From Eledone cirrhosa (lineage: Eukaryota), in NCBI GenBank assembly GCA_964016885.1, contig CAXHJY010001432.1:13277-77276 (forward strand): a stretch of DNA of 64,000 bases, read 5' to 3'. The position numbers and the translations under genes are program-made. Below, piece after piece: positions 41,172 to 55,214 of this stretch (position 1 is the first letter of the stretch; every line of letters begins with the position of its first letter). The notes beneath the pieces were generated by a model, which was not told the origin of the DNA, ran no database searches, and saw only the letters and a program-made list of their open reading frames with translations.

Positions 41172-41562
41172 ACTCTAAGGTCTCGAATAATCCTCACCCC
41201 TCGCTCATCAATTTTTCAGATTTTTCCACCCAAAAACCCCGCTAATTTAATTTTGCTAATACATCTATTATTTTAAGTGGTAGCATTCTTGCGACAATTA
41301 ATTGTCTTTATATAGTAAAAAAAAAAAGAAATACATGACAAAAAAGTACACTGCTAGAATTCCCATACCTTATAAAATAAATAGGATGGACTGGGGTCTC
41401 AATATGTAAACTAAACGTCTAATTCTGGGTTTTAAAACCTCAACCAGGACAACCTAGAAACATTACCGATCTAACCCCCCCCACACACACACATACACAC
41501 ACACTTATTCCATCACCCCCACTTAGTCCTCCAAACCAGATATTAATGGGGACACGAGAGTG
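41172..41562 (+). mobile_element. MITE inserted into the 3' end of a SINE
   Basis: actctaaggtctcgaataat ... attaatggggacacgagagt, splitting the SINE tail cttgtaccaa / cttagaaa. Confidence 0.6.
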
Positions 41563-41779
41563 ACTTAGAAATAATTATTTACGAGGTCAACTTTGCGGTT
41601 TATCTTTCCAGAGAGGTTACAATAATATACCAGCCATGTGCTGGTGTCGATATAATCCTTGTCGTCAAATTGCTGGCATTCTGCCTAAATATTAAGTATA
41701 ATAAATAGATGGTAGCTTTTTATTATAGCATTATTCTTGACAAAATACTGCAGCAATGCTGGTATAATCACTGCCTCCG

Positions 41780-42085
41780 TGTCTTTCACTCGCCGAATCT
41801 CTCACTATTATAAGCATATGGGGGCTCAAGCGTTGGTCGCCCCGCAGCCACGGACAGAATATAGAGGGCGTTACCCCGGACGATGGTGAGGGTGACACCT
41901 GCGGGTAACCAACTCGGTGGTGAATAGGGTGGTGGTCCTAGGGCCAAGAACACCAGAAGTTTCCACTGCTCCGAGCTCCACAACAAACCTGTCAGAAAGC
42001 GGCCGATATTTGGAGAGTTTGCTCTCCTCGGCCCGAAGTGCAACAGAGCCTGGATTAGTTGCAGACTGGTTGCCGCTGGAGAAAG
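41780..42085 (-). mobile_element. Second CRE-like 3' fragment
   Basis: RAEESKLSKYRPLSDRFVVELGAVETSGVLG...IVRGNALYIL, homologous to 40610-40925. Confidence 0.68.
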
Positions 42086-42134
42086 TGCCTAAATTAGACA
42101 CCAATATTTATATAAGCCGAATATTATTTGAAAG

Positions 42135-42385
42135 AGGGTCAACTTTGCCTTTCATCCTTACGGGGTCGATAAAATAAAGTACCAGTAATGTACTGGGTAA
42201 TTGCTGGCCTTGTGCCAAAAGTAGAAACAATTATTTGAAAGAGGGTCGGACGCCATGCTTTAACGCATAGAGTTACGGCCCTTGCCATTCTGAGTCTTTC
42301 ATCCTTATGGGGTCGATAAAATAAAGTACCAGTAATACACTGGTTAATTGCTGGCTTTGTGCCAAAAGTAGAAACAATTATTTGA
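42135..42385 (+). mobile_element. Tandem partial tRNA-SINE copies
   Basis: Two core+tail segments, each followed by aattatttgaaagag. Confidence 0.8.
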
Positions 42386-43257
42386 AAGAGATTTTGCTGC
42401 TATTTCTATCAGGTAGAGTAACCATGTAAAGGTTCTATCGCTGACCCATATGTACGGTATGTGTTTATATATTCGTGGTTGTCGATGTAATATACAAGAA
42501 TGCGAACATTTTCTAATATATTGAAGAATATGTATTGACACGTTTTATGATTGTATGAATGTGTTAATGTATGTGTGTGTGTGTGTGTTATGATGGCATT
42601 TGTGTTTTATGAATGTCTGTGTAAGTGGTGCGTGTGTTTATGTTTTATGAATGTGTATATGTGGTGCGTGTTCGTGTTTTATGATTGTGTGTATATATGT
42701 TTGTTTGTGAGTGCGTGTGTGTATGTCTGATTGAGTTTGTGTGTGTGTGTATGTATGTGTGTGTGTGTTTGTGGTTTATGTTTGTGTATGTTTGTTTGTT
42801 TGTGCGTGCATGTGTGTTTTAGTTTGTGCCAGTGTGTGCTTGTGCATGTTTGTGTGTTTTAGCTTGTTTGTAACTGGTGTGTGTGCGTGTGTATATGTGT
42901 TTGTGCTTTATGATTATGTGTGTATGTGAGTGTATATGTATGTTTGTGTGTATGTGTGTCTGAGTATATGTATGTGAGTGTATATGTATATGGGTGTATA
43001 GTTTCGTGGTTGTTATTCTGAGTGGGTTATTTTGATTGATAATAACATGTGTAGATTTGTGTATATAATTATATATAGCAGCGGTGGTTGAACGGGTGTG
43101 TGTGTGGGGGGGGGGGGGTATGGAGGGGGTTGTATATGTGTGCGGAGAGAGAGAGAAAGACAGAGAGGGAGCGAGAGAGAGAGAGAGGGGGGATGGATAG
43201 GAGATTATGAGTGAGTGAATTACTGTATGTGTATGTATGCACGTACAAATCTAGGTT

Positions 43258-43415
43258 CCGATGGCTATTTCTGGACTCCAGAAATAGCCGTCGAAACGGC
43301 TTGAGCTCTGCCGTCGGAGTTAAACATTTTCCTATTACCCACTCTACTACCCTAAGTATTGAGTACTCTGGTGCGTTATGGTCCATCTGGTTCCTTACCA
43401 CACTTCCTTCGTTAT
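43258..43415 (+). repeat. Family A copy with full stem II hairpin + GAAA + stem III + GUC
   Basis: gatggctatttctgga-c-tccagaaatagccgtc-GAA-ACGGC-ttgagctct-GCCGT-C-ggag. No upstream CTGANGA. Confidence 0.75.
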
Positions 43416-43673
43416 ATATATACATGTCTATTTATGAAATGCATGTATTTATCTCTATTAAGGTAAGGATACATTTATGTATGTATGCAGCTATCCGTAT
43501 ATGTGTATGCATATGCATATATGTATGCATCATGTATTTATGTACGCATCTATGTATGCATGTATGTATTATGTATGTGCATATGTAAGTATGTGAGTTG
43601 TTCATGGGTGATTTCATTTGCTTTTATAGATCTATCAATGCTTGTATGTATGTATGCATGTACACACATATAA

Positions 43674-43716
<43 letters not shown>

Positions 43717-44000
43717 CATGTGTGCTTGTCTGTGTGAGTACATATGTATGAATATGTTTGTATGTCAACTGAGCTATCAAATCACATAGGCTGATAATAT
43801 TCAGATAGGGTAGTGTAGTTCAAAAGAAAAATATAATAAGTGTGACAGAAAATATAAGACTGAAAAGTTATTAAAACTCTCTGATCTATGGGGTTGTCTG
43901 ACTTAATTGTAATTCACCCGTGAGTGAAGGACAAGTCATCCATACAGTTGTGACTGTGACGAAATAGATGCGCGGAAATGGCTGTTAATGCATGACTACA

Positions 44001-44083
<83 letters not shown>

Positions 44084-44208
44084 ATTATATATATATTATA
44101 TATATATATAAGAGATGTCAACGTAAATGGACCTGTTATTTTTCTCTAAAATAATTTTCTCCGATTCCGTTCCGCCTGTCCCTTCAATCTTTATAATCTC
44201 TCATTCTT

Positions 44209-44244
44209 TCTTCTGATGAAGGACTAGCGTCCGAAACGTTAAGA
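44209..44244 (+). ncRNA. Minimal type I hammerhead motif
   Basis: tctt-CTGATGA-a-GGAC-tagc-GTCC-GAAAC-GTT-aaga. Flanks are homologous to the reverse complement of 14960-15100. Confidence 0.75.
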
Positions 44245-44329
44245 CCCTCCTTCTGCTATTTCAAGCGTTAACCTAATATATTACTTCCATATACTGTACC
44301 GATTGTGTTGTTGTTTCTGTTTACCTTTT

Positions 44330-44383
<54 letters not shown>

Positions 44384-44417
44384 ATACTTGGGGAGGGTCA
44401 TATAAAAAACCTCGCTA

Positions 44418-44454
<37 letters not shown>

Positions 44455-44459
<5 letters not shown>

Positions 44460-45785
44460 ATGAAATAACAGTAGGCTGGACTGGTGTAAAAAATGTTTAA
44501 CTCGATAAGATATTAGAATGGGATATAGAGTAAAGGTTTCGATTGGGAGGCCCAGCCAGCACACCCACCACCATGAGTCAGCCAGTTTCGAGTGGTATCG
44601 TCCAGCGAAAGAAATGGAAATTAATTTTTCCGAGTACTCTAGGAACGTAGCTAACTTTGGCCCCGGGATCCCTAGCGGGAACTCCACAATTTCGACAGGC
44701 CATCGTCTATACCACGAATACTATTACATCACACATGAGGGGTTTATTTACGTGTCAGTGGAGGCATGACACAGCTAATAGTCATGCCTAAACCTGGAGT
44801 TTGTAGGTACAAGTACAATGTGGCGGCCAAAACAGGCGGCGCGGTGGGACCGGGGCAAAGCCGCCGCTCCGAGTAATTCCCGCTAGGGATCCCGGGGCCA
44901 AAGTTAGCTACGTTCCTAGAGTACTCGGAAAAATTAATTTCCATTTCTTTCGCTGGACGATACCACTCGAGACTGGCTGACTCATGGTGGTGGGTGTGCT
45001 GGCTGGGCCTCCCAATCGAATTCTTTACTCTTTATCCCATTCTAATATCTTATCGAGTTAAACATTTTTTCCACATAAGACTCTCTCCGTAAGTTCATTA
45101 AATAAATAAATCTCGCTACCTCTATTTTTCAATTTACCATTTTGCAATTTAATATTTTTAATTTAATTTAATTTCATCCTATAACTCGCAACATAAGTTT
45201 AACGTTCCAATCTTCGGTTCACACATTAGACCATACAGACACACATTATAGATTCTTTGGGTAGCATTTTTTTCGCGGCATTTTCTAACATGAATGTAGT
45301 TTGACCCTTACACTACACTTCTTTCTCCCTTTCTTTCTTTCTTCCCCTTCTTCTTTGACGGAGTGGTGGTAGTACATTATAAGCCTTCGGCCCCTCACTA
45401 GATATTCACTGGTAGTTTTCAGTTGCCAACACTTTGAGGGCGGCTGGCTGCGAAGCTCGTTGGTCAGCCGTCCTCTCTGTCTTTGGTTTCTCGGACCCAT
45501 GGCTTTTTACATATTCCTTTGTTATATTCCAATACCTATTGATATCACCGGATTCATATGGAACCCGGTCATTGAAATGATCATAGTATAATAAACCTTT
45601 CAAGGATTTACACCAGTCCAGCCTCCTGTTATTTCATTTATAATTAACTCCGTATTCGCACCACCAACTACACAAACGAAGATGGGTGAACTGCACTGCG
45701 TTGAGTACTCTTCACAATATTACACCAGGATTGACCATACGGAATGACTAGTTCTATCCAGTGGTGAACCAACAAACCTAAAGAT
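44455..45785. mobile_element. Unclassified element with nested inverted repeats, inserted in (TA)n
   Basis: About 44488-44682 is inverted at about 44876-45070. About 44456-44490 is inverted at about 45607-45642. Confidence 0.55.
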
Positions 45786-45977
45786 ATATATACATATATA
45801 TATATATATATAACAAAGAGAGCGTCAGAGTACTCAATAATTAGGGTAGTAGAGTGGGTAATTGGAAAAGAGTCATATATATATATATATATATGACTCT
45901 TTTCCAATTACCCACTCTACTACCCTAAGTATTGAGTATATATATATATATATATATACTATTATACACACACACAC

Positions 45978-46029
<52 letters not shown>

Positions 46030-46035
46030 GTATGG

Positions 46036-46235
46036 GGAAATGTTCAAGACCCCAACAGTAGAGCTCAAGCCGTTTCGACGGCTATTTCTGGAGTTCAGAA
46101 ATAGCCGTCGAAACCGCTTGAGCTCTGCCGTTGGGGTCTTGAACATTTTCCTATTACCCACTCTACTACCCAAAGTATTGAGTACTTTGGTGCGTTATGG
46201 TCCACTTGGTTACTTACCACACTTCCTTCGTTTTA
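46036..46235. repeat. Family A fold-back palindrome centred on hammerhead stem II
   Basis: Arms 46036-46091 and 46094-46151 are complementary. Confidence 0.78.
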
Positions 46236-46552
46236 TATATATATATATACCCAGAAGTCGCTAATTTTGATCAATTTTTTTACGGTGTCACAGATGAAAA
46301 TGCATGGCTGATAACATTAAGCGGAGGATTCAGAAAAATATCTGGTTATTGGTGGTTTATCTAGTATTTGTTGAGAGGTTGTACCTGTTTTCACATACCA
46401 TTCAGTCACGTACGACGTCTTTATCGAATGCTCTTGGTTTGTGAATAGTTGTAAATAGAGCAACACCAGTGGACATAATTTTCTATATCAATGTTGTTAT
46501 GTCTTATGATTTCAATATTTGTAGTATCTTGTATGGTACTGTGTATATATAC

Positions 46553-46780
46553 GGAGTGACGTGGCCCTGTGGTCGGGGTGTTGTACTTAGGATCATAATG
46601 TCGTGGGTTCCATTCCTGGGCTGGGTTGTGTGTTGTGTTCTTGAGCAAAACACTTTATTTCACGTTTTTCCAGTATACTCAGGATTGAAAATAAGTACCA
46701 GCTATAGCTGGGGATTTAACTCTACGATGGACTGGCGTCCTGTCCAGGGGAAGTGATCTTGTACTCTCAGTCGCATACCA
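46553..46780 (+). mobile_element. CORE-domain-type tRNA SINE
   Basis: A-box gtggccctgtgg, B-box ggttccattcc, CORE-like tgtgttcttgagcaaaacactt. Confidence 0.65.
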
Positions 46781-47440
46781 GAAATGATGGATGGCGGGAT
46801 TTGAACTCAAAGAGTAGAGAGGCAAAACGAATACGGCAAAGCATTCTATCCAACGTGCTAACGACTCTGCCAATTAGCCGCCATTCCTAGATAATAAGAG
46901 AATAAAAAGACAGAAGAAAATAGAAAGAAAATGAGAATTTTGAGGTAATTTTAGTTATGATATTCCGCAATGCGCTTCATGATATTTCTAATAATCCTCT
47001 TATTTGTTACCATTCTTATATTTTGTTTGGTATGAGAATATAGCGTCGAAAATAAGGGAATCTGATCCCCACAATCAAACATATCATGCCATTTATTTTC
47101 TTATTTAATTGGCCTTCGATATCCATAATATTTTGTCATATATTGGGAAAACCAGAGCAAGAAACAGTATTCAAGAAATGAATCTGGATCTCAGGACGAG
47201 AAACTTCTAAAGATCCAATATGGCATCTTGTGGGTCATGTTGCAAGTAGAATATGACGCGATATATACACCGAAGTAAGATGTTTGATTAAAACACACTG
47301 CTTTTATATATACAGACCTTGCCTTGCATCCTCCAATATCTGCATATAAGTGAAGAACAAGAAACAATTAGTAAGAGATTCTATTAAGAATATAACCAAA
47401 TACAAACTGTTTAAAATAGAAGTATTTTTCAAGTCTATTA

Positions 47441-47623
47441 TGGATTGGCAGTATCGGTAGAGGGTCGGACACCATGCTTTGCAGCATAGATACGGCCCTT
47501 TATGATCTGAGTTCAAATCCCGCCGAGGTTAACTTTGCTTTTCATCCTTACGGGGTCGATAAAATAAAGTACCAGTAATGCACTGAAATAATTGCTGGCC
47601 TTGTGCCAAAAGCAGAAACAATT
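47441..47623 (+). mobile_element. tRNA-derived SINE copy
   Basis: Head tggattggcagtatcggtagagggtcggacaccatgc, B-box, core and tail. Confidence 0.87.
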
Positions 47624-48073
47624 ACATCAGACCTGTCAACTCTCTTCACCCGACGGGAAGATCTCACACCCACTTTGAGGTTGGTAAGAGATGTCTTCTT
47701 TCCTCGTTTTTGGATGCCTTGTTTCATGGTATTCTCTGTTTGGGCTTTAAGAGGCTGGCAGGTCTGTTATATCTATCCGCAAAATAAAACTAAAGTCGAT
47801 CTCCGCAGGATTCAGACGAGTAACCTAAATAGGTATACCTAGCTAATAAATATACCTAAATAGGTATAGCTAGATAATAAAGGAAGAAAGTAGAAAGAAA
47901 AAAACTGAAAGTTAGCTTGCACTGAGATCGAACACACAACATTTGTAGGACACTCTTATCAACTAACAGACCTTTCACTGTTTAAAAGTTAAGCACTCAC
48001 ACAGACAAACATTTCTATATGTATGTATGTATGTATATATATATATATATGTATGTGTATATTTATTTATATT

Positions 48074-48118
<45 letters not shown>

Positions 48119-48119
48119 A

Positions 48120-48178
<59 letters not shown>

Positions 48179-48185
48179 ATATTTA

Positions 48186-48232
<47 letters not shown>

Positions 48233-48239
48233 ATATTTA

Positions 48240-48286
<47 letters not shown>

Positions 48287-48293
48287 ATATTTA

Positions 48294-48344
<51 letters not shown>

Positions 48345-48351
48345 ATATTTA

Positions 48352-48389
<38 letters not shown>

Positions 48390-49149
48390 ATGTGTGTGTG
48401 TGTATATACATATTTATATATGTATATATATAATGTGTGTGTGTGTGAACATGTGTGTCTGCTTATATATGTGATTATATTGGTAAACGTAATTTAATAA
48501 TTCTATATGTATGTACATACATAGGAATTTGGGATGATTATATATTTAAACGAATGTAAATTCACGTATGTATATATATATGTGTGTGTGTGTTTGTGTA
48601 TATATATATATGTGTGTGTGTGTTTGTCTGTCTGTCTGTCTACGTCATTGCGCGTGTTACTGTATACATTCTGGGTAATCTAATTTCTGTACACATGTGG
48701 TTGTATACTTGTGTGTGTATGTATGTATATACACGAATGTTTGTGTCTGAGTGTGTATGCGCGCGCGCGTGTGTGTATGTATGTGTGTGTGTGCGTGTGT
48801 ATGTATGTATGTATGTGTCCGTGTACTAATAATTCATATATTTGTGAAATGCTTTGAAATTTCAGGAAATATATTATATTAATGTATCAATTTGATATCT
48901 TATAATGTATTGCGATATTATTTTTTATCCCGTAATTAAAATACACTAAATAAGAAAGAAATGAGAAATCGGATTTTTCAGTCCACTGTAATAAGATTTA
49001 AATGGCTTTAATTCTCCATAGAATTAAATGGTATTGGTCTATTTTTTTCTCTTTACATATTTAATTTAGTTTGATGTTGTTCATATTAATTATGTTGAAG
49101 GGTGAGTGTGGTGGATCGGCAGACTTGTTAGTGCATCTGATAAATGATT

Positions 49150-49356
49150 TCTATTATAGGCACAAGGCGAGCAATTTTGGAGGAAGGGAAAGTCGATTAG
49201 ATCGACACCAGTGCATTACTGGTACTTTATTTCATCGACCTCGTAAGGATGAAAGCCCAAGCTAATCTCAGCGGGATTTGAACTCAGAATGTAAACTGCC
49301 ATAACCCTCTGTTGCAAAGCATGGTGTCTGACCGATACTGACAATCCACCGCCCTC
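49150..49356 (-). mobile_element. tRNA-derived SINE copy
   Basis: Reverse-complement tail, core, B-box and head. Similar minus copies at ~50760-50965, 51840-52040, 54030-54215 and 58005-58210. Confidence 0.8.
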
Positions 49357-49913
49357 AGTGCATCTGATAAATGCTTAGCACTATTTGAAGGAAGTCTTTA
49401 TTTATGTACATTATCGTTCCCGAAACTAGTGCAGCCAGTTGTCTTGACGCTTTTGCTGTCAGTTGTCGCTATTGGTCTCCATTCTTCGTCATACGTATAA
49501 GGTTCTCTTTGTTGTGTGACAATGCAGTCTTTGACGTTGTCGGACCAGGATTGGCAAAATTTATAGAAGCGCCCATAAATTCTTAGCAATATTCGTAGCG
49601 GGTCTTTACTTATGTACAAAGATGGTATATAGGCCAAATTGGCAGAACCTGCCCATAAATTATTAACATTTTTAGCGGGTCTTTAATTATGTGTAAGGAT
49701 GGTATATTGGCTTGGCAGAATTAGTAGAGCAGCTTATAAATGTTTAGCAGTAATTGAAGTGGGTCTTTATTTATGTATAAGGATGGTGTATTGAGAAAAT
49801 TGGTAGAACCTCTCATAAAACGCAATTACGGTATTTATTCTGCCTTTTTATATTCTGTGTTCAGACCTCACTCCGAAGACATCATTCCGGGGTCAATGAA
49901 ATAAAGAACCAGT

Positions 49914-50298
49914 TACTCTCGAGTTACGAATAATAGGGGGAGGAATAAGCGGGGGAGGTTGGAATAAGTGGAGGGGGGGTTGAGACGTTGATTTTTTAGG
50001 TTCTCTACGTTGATTTTTTTTGGAAAACACAATCGGTCGTTTAATTTACGTATTGAAGCCCCAACTCATCTTATGGGATTTCTTGTAATTTTCTTTTTTC
50101 TCATGTATAGTTTTTTTAATGTCTAAAGAAAATTAATTGTTGCAGGAATGCTACCACTTAAAATAAAATTTCGCCGGACAAAGAGTAGGAAAATTTAATA
50201 AGCAGGGGGGTGGGGAATAAGAGCGTGGGGGTGGGGTTGACAATATATGACAAATTAATATGCGGGGATCGGTGGTGATTATTCAAGACCCGAGAGTA
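49914..50298 (-). mobile_element. MITE with TIRs and TA duplication, inserted into a SINE core
   Basis: TA-ctctcgagttacgaataat ... attattcaagacccgagag-TA. SINE sequence aagaaccagtta / ttactgg resumes on either side. Confidence 0.72.
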
Positions 50299-50984
50299 AT
50301 TACTGGTATTGATTTTATCAACTCCATTCCCCACCCCCACCAAATTGGTGGCTTTGTATCTAAATTAGAAACATTTGTTATATCATGAGGAAGGACAGTG
50401 AATTGGCAGAGTCGTTAGAGCATAGAACAAATTCTTAGTAATTCCAGCTCTTTATATTCTGAGTTCAAATTCTGCTGAGGCATAATTTTGCCTTTCATCT
50501 TTCCCAGGTCGATAACATAAAGTACCAGTTATGTACTGGGGCTTATTTAATTAATTTTATCCTTCCCCCAAATTTGTGGGTTTGTGGGGCCTATATTAGA
50601 CAATATTTCCTTTAGGTTCTGAGATCTAATCTCACCGAGTCCGTATTTCAATCATCCATGAAGTCTCAATAAAATGAGTAAGAATTAAGAACTGGTATCG
50701 ATTCACTCAACAGTGATTGATCTCGTGAAGTAGTAAATTGAAATAAATGTGTAAGTATAAATATTGGTTTCTGATTTAGACACAAGGCCAACAACTTTCG
50801 GAGAGGAGAAAAACGATTAAATCGACCCCAGTGCGTTACTGGTATTTTATTTTATTCACCCCGTAAGGATGAAAGACAAAGCTAACCTCAGCGGTTCTGA
50901 ACTCAGAACGTAAAGGGACGTAATTATATGCCGTAAAGCATGTTATCCTACGCTCTAATGATACTGTGAATCTTTGGGTAAAAG

Positions 50985-51178
50985 AAAATACAAGAAGATC
51001 AGTTGATTATGATTTTATTCAACATATTCCTCTCTCAGATTCACACACTTATTGCAGCGGGCCTTCAGTTTTTTTAAGCCCTGTAAAAAATTACTTTAAA
51101 AAAAACTCGGAAGGCTGGTTCTCCAACCAGACCTCTGTGATACCCTTACAACCAGGAACTTTTCAGCATCACCTCGTA
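50985..51178 (-). mobile_element. mariner deletion derivative
   Basis: Minus strand starts TACGAGGTGATGCTGAAAAGTTCC (mariner-like TIR), followed by WLENQPSEFF...GLKKLKARCNKCVNLRG (transposase C-terminus pattern). Confidence 0.6.
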
Positions 51179-51527
51179 TTTTTGTATCAAGAGGAGTAAC
51201 CTCATAGAGGCTCTCTTTTTGGGATTTAATCTGCTTTTCGTCAATGTTTACTTATTTGATGTCATTTCTGACAGAAGTTTCACTTGGAACATAGTGGAAT
51301 ACGAAGGCTTCAACAATAACTTATTTTGTTGTTGACAAGGCACAATGGGTTAGTTTTTTAAGTGAAGGTCACTTGGATTTGTCTGACGTCAGCTTTTTTT
51401 ATCTTCAGAATATTTATGACAAAAGAGAATTAAATTATTCAAGATAGCTTGATAGTCTGTCTTTTGTCAACCGGGATTTAAAGGAAACAAAAACACATTT
51501 GTAAAAATGCCAATGCAATTTGATTCA

Positions 51528-51567
<40 letters not shown>

Positions 51568-52504
51568 TACACATATATATATACACACACACATACACAC
51601 ACATATATATATATATATAAAATTATGAGTGTGAAGAACAGAGTGAGAGATAGATAAATAACACGGAAACAATAACTGCCTGTCTTTAAACGTGAAAAGA
51701 CACATGTAAAGACATGCTATTATGTGTATGGAAAGAAAAATAGGAAACTTGCCTATACTGCCGCCGTTATGAGAAGAACGTTAAACTGAAAAGTGGTTTA
51801 TGCTTGTGTAAGGTTTGTCCTGCTACTAAGGCTAATAATGCTTTCCAAGTTAAGCACAAAGCCAACAATTCTAGGATCGAAGGAAAGTCGATTACAACGC
51901 CGCCACAACTTGACTGATAATTTGTTTTATCGACCTCGAAATGGTGAAAAGCAAAGATAACCTCGGAGGGATTCGAACTCAGGAAATAAAGAGCCGGATA
52001 AATCTGCAAGTTATTTATCCGACGCTTTATTAACTCTCCCAATCTAGATAATAATTCTTTCATATTTAAGTACAAGGCCAGCCAATTTAATGCCTTTCAA
52101 ACTTAAGCACCAAGCCAGCCAATTCTGAGGGAGGGGAAATCGATTATATCGAACCCAGTTCTTAACTTACTTTATTTTATCTAGAATGGTGAAAGGCACA
52201 GTTGACCTAAGAGGAACTTCAATTCAGTAAGTAATGACCTGAAAGAGATACTGCTAAGCATTACTCCAGCACTGTACCGTCTTGTGCCTAAATTAGAAAT
52301 AATTATCAGCTATAGTATTGGGCACTGAATTAACAGATAATTATTTCTAATTTAGGCACAAGAACAGGAAATTTGTAGAGGAAAGGAAATTTGAGTAAAT
52401 TGACTTCAGTACTTGGGCCGGAATAAATTCTGCAAAGCCTTTGATCGATTCATTTTTGCATAATTATGGTAACAATATGTGTGGATTTCCATTCAAGTCT
52501 TATC

Positions 52505-52795
52505 TGTAGCTAGGTTCAAATGGAGTTGGGTGAGGGAAAGTGGAGCAATTCTCTTAGCGAAGTTCCAGAAGAGTTGGGGAGGGAGCTGAGAGTAGAGAAA
52601 TGTTGTTAGCTAAGGTTCCATACGAGTGTAGGGGAGATGAGCAATTTTCTTAGCTAGGTTCTAAAAGAGTCTGGCGGATGAGAGTGGAGGAATTCTCTTC
52701 GCTAAGTTCCAGAAGAGTTGGGGGGGGGGGCTGAGGGTGAAGGAATTCTCTTTGGAAGATTTCAGAAGAGCTGGAGGTTGAGAATAGAGGAATAT
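52505..52795. repeat. Degenerate ~50-bp minisatellite
   Basis: Repeated gctaggttccagaagagttggg...aattctctta, about 6 units. Confidence 0.7.
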
Positions 52796-55214
52796 GAAGA
52801 TTTTAAATTGAGTGGTATCAATATCGCAATCACCTAATTCGATGAGTACCAGTGATATATTGAGTATCGATATAAATCGATTATTAATACCGCCTTTAAA
52901 TTAAAACAATATCTGAGACTTTATTTGAAAATCTAGGGCAGATTACAACCTAGCGTATTAAATAAAGAAGGGAAGTAATATAATCCAGTCCGACATACCC
53001 TAAAATGACATGATGGTCATAGCTGGAATGCTCAATTAATGGTGGTCTGGTGGTTAAATATCAACAACTATGAGTGTGTCCCTAAGTAAGAACCCTTACT
53101 GCCAGAAAAGTGACATATATTCCTAGACATGTGTACAAATTGACTAAAATGAATAATTTTAATCGCCTCCAGTGTCATTGTCGTTTGTACATGTGAACTT
53201 TACACAGAAAGAAAATTACATCTGACTTTCGCAAATCAAAGCAAATATAATGAGGCAAAACGAAAAACGAGACAAAACAGTAAACTAAAAACAAAATACA
53301 TTAATAGGATAGAATAAATTACCACACATAGCGCCAACATTCCTATATTGTTGTAAGAACTTCATTCCTTGCGGGTCTCCAAATTAAACTTATTTCCTCA
53401 TTTAATGAAGAGTAGCGATTTTATAAGGATTGTGAGTTGACAAATGCGGCAGGGATTCGACCAGGCTCTCTTTCATTTATTTCAATTCACCCTCATAATT
53501 TCTGTTTATGAAAAAAGTTAATTATAAATAACAACAAATATCTTTTTTATTTTTAAATATAGAAACCGAGCCGTCAGAACGTTGGAATAATAAATGCCTC
53601 ACTGTATAGAAATTTGAATCCCAGCTGCAAATCGCTTGCCTTTCATCACTTTAGGCTCATAAAAAACAGAACGATTAATATGCCATAGTTAATTCAGTCG
53701 ATTATAGCTATTTGTCTACGGACCTGTAACTCCTAATAGAGTCGCAAGGACTCCGTACTGACATACAGAAGGAGAGAGAGAGAGAGGGGCGGGGGGGGGG
53801 GGGGAGTAGGGAGGAAGTGTGAAAGATATAAAAGAGAAAGAAGGCATTACGAGGAAGAAACTCTGTCCACTCTATCTAGGTTATTAGTAAACGATTGTTA
53901 TTACAGTTATCTTCTGGGTTTGGAACACTCACATCTCCATATATATATCTATATATCTGTGTGTGTGTGTGTGCGTGTGTAGCAATATCCGTAGGTGTGA
54001 AAAAGGAAAAAGAAACTGCTGAATATTTGTGGGGAGGTGAGGAGTAACTCGATTAAATCGACCCAGTGCGTTACTGGAGATTTATTTAGCGACCCCGTAC
54101 GGATGAAAAGCAAAGCTAACCTCGGCTAGATTTGAACTCAGAGCATAATGGGTGGTAACTCTATGCCACAAAGCAACTGTCCGACGCCCTACCGATACTG
54201 CCAATCAACCGCCCTTACTATGCCAAATAATGACGGAAGAAATGTCTTAAACTAGGGTTAAATGTGTAATGTTTCTTTTCAACATCCATATGGTCTGGCT
54301 TTACTATTTATATTCTACTAGCAGAAAAACCACTTGGGTGGTTTTTCTGCTAGCATGTGTAGTGTGCATATTAATATTATACGCATGTAGATATGATACG
54401 TCAAATAAAATCGTAATTGACAATATGCATAGAAATTGAAGAGAGACTGCGTTACACTCTCTTCTGTAATCAGTAAAGTAATCCATGATACTTTTAAAAA
54501 AGACGATATTATATATAAACTGCATTACGGCAAAATGTTATGAAAACGAAAAAGAAAAAAATTAGCGACAGAAATATAAACCTTATATAACGATGCAAAT
54601 ATGTGAATGTTTACATAAGCGATGTAATAAGTGTTCTGATATAATGGCTGCTAACCAGGAGTGTAGTCATTTGAAAATTTTAAAAGAAGTGAATCTTAAA
54701 ATCAGCAATCATTATATATAAGAATATTTATGTTTAATCAACAGCTAAGAAATTTAGTAGATAAATTACATAATATTCATTCATTATTTATTCAAAGTAA
54801 TCTAACTTATTTTACTAACGGAATAAAAATATATATTCAGGACGCAGTCCCGCACTCCTCCCTTTATTATAGTATGATTTTATTATATTATGATTTTATT
54901 ATATTCTGGTACTTTTTGGTGGGATGTTTTGTGCTGCAACCAATAATATTTAGATCTAGCTTTGAATACTGATCGAGCTGTTGTTGATTTGTATGTTTTT
55001 ATTTTCATAACCCAATTTTAGGCGCTGAATAGACAGAGTTGTTAGAGCGTCCAATAGAATGTTTTGGTGGTATTCGTTCCAGCTCTCTGCACTGTCAGTT
55101 CGTATCCAATCGGGGTCAACTTTGCCTTTCATCCTTTTGATGTTGATAAAAAAGTACCAGCCCAGTATTAGAGAAAATGTTTCCTCTACATCTCTTTCTC
55201 TTTTCTTCTTTACC

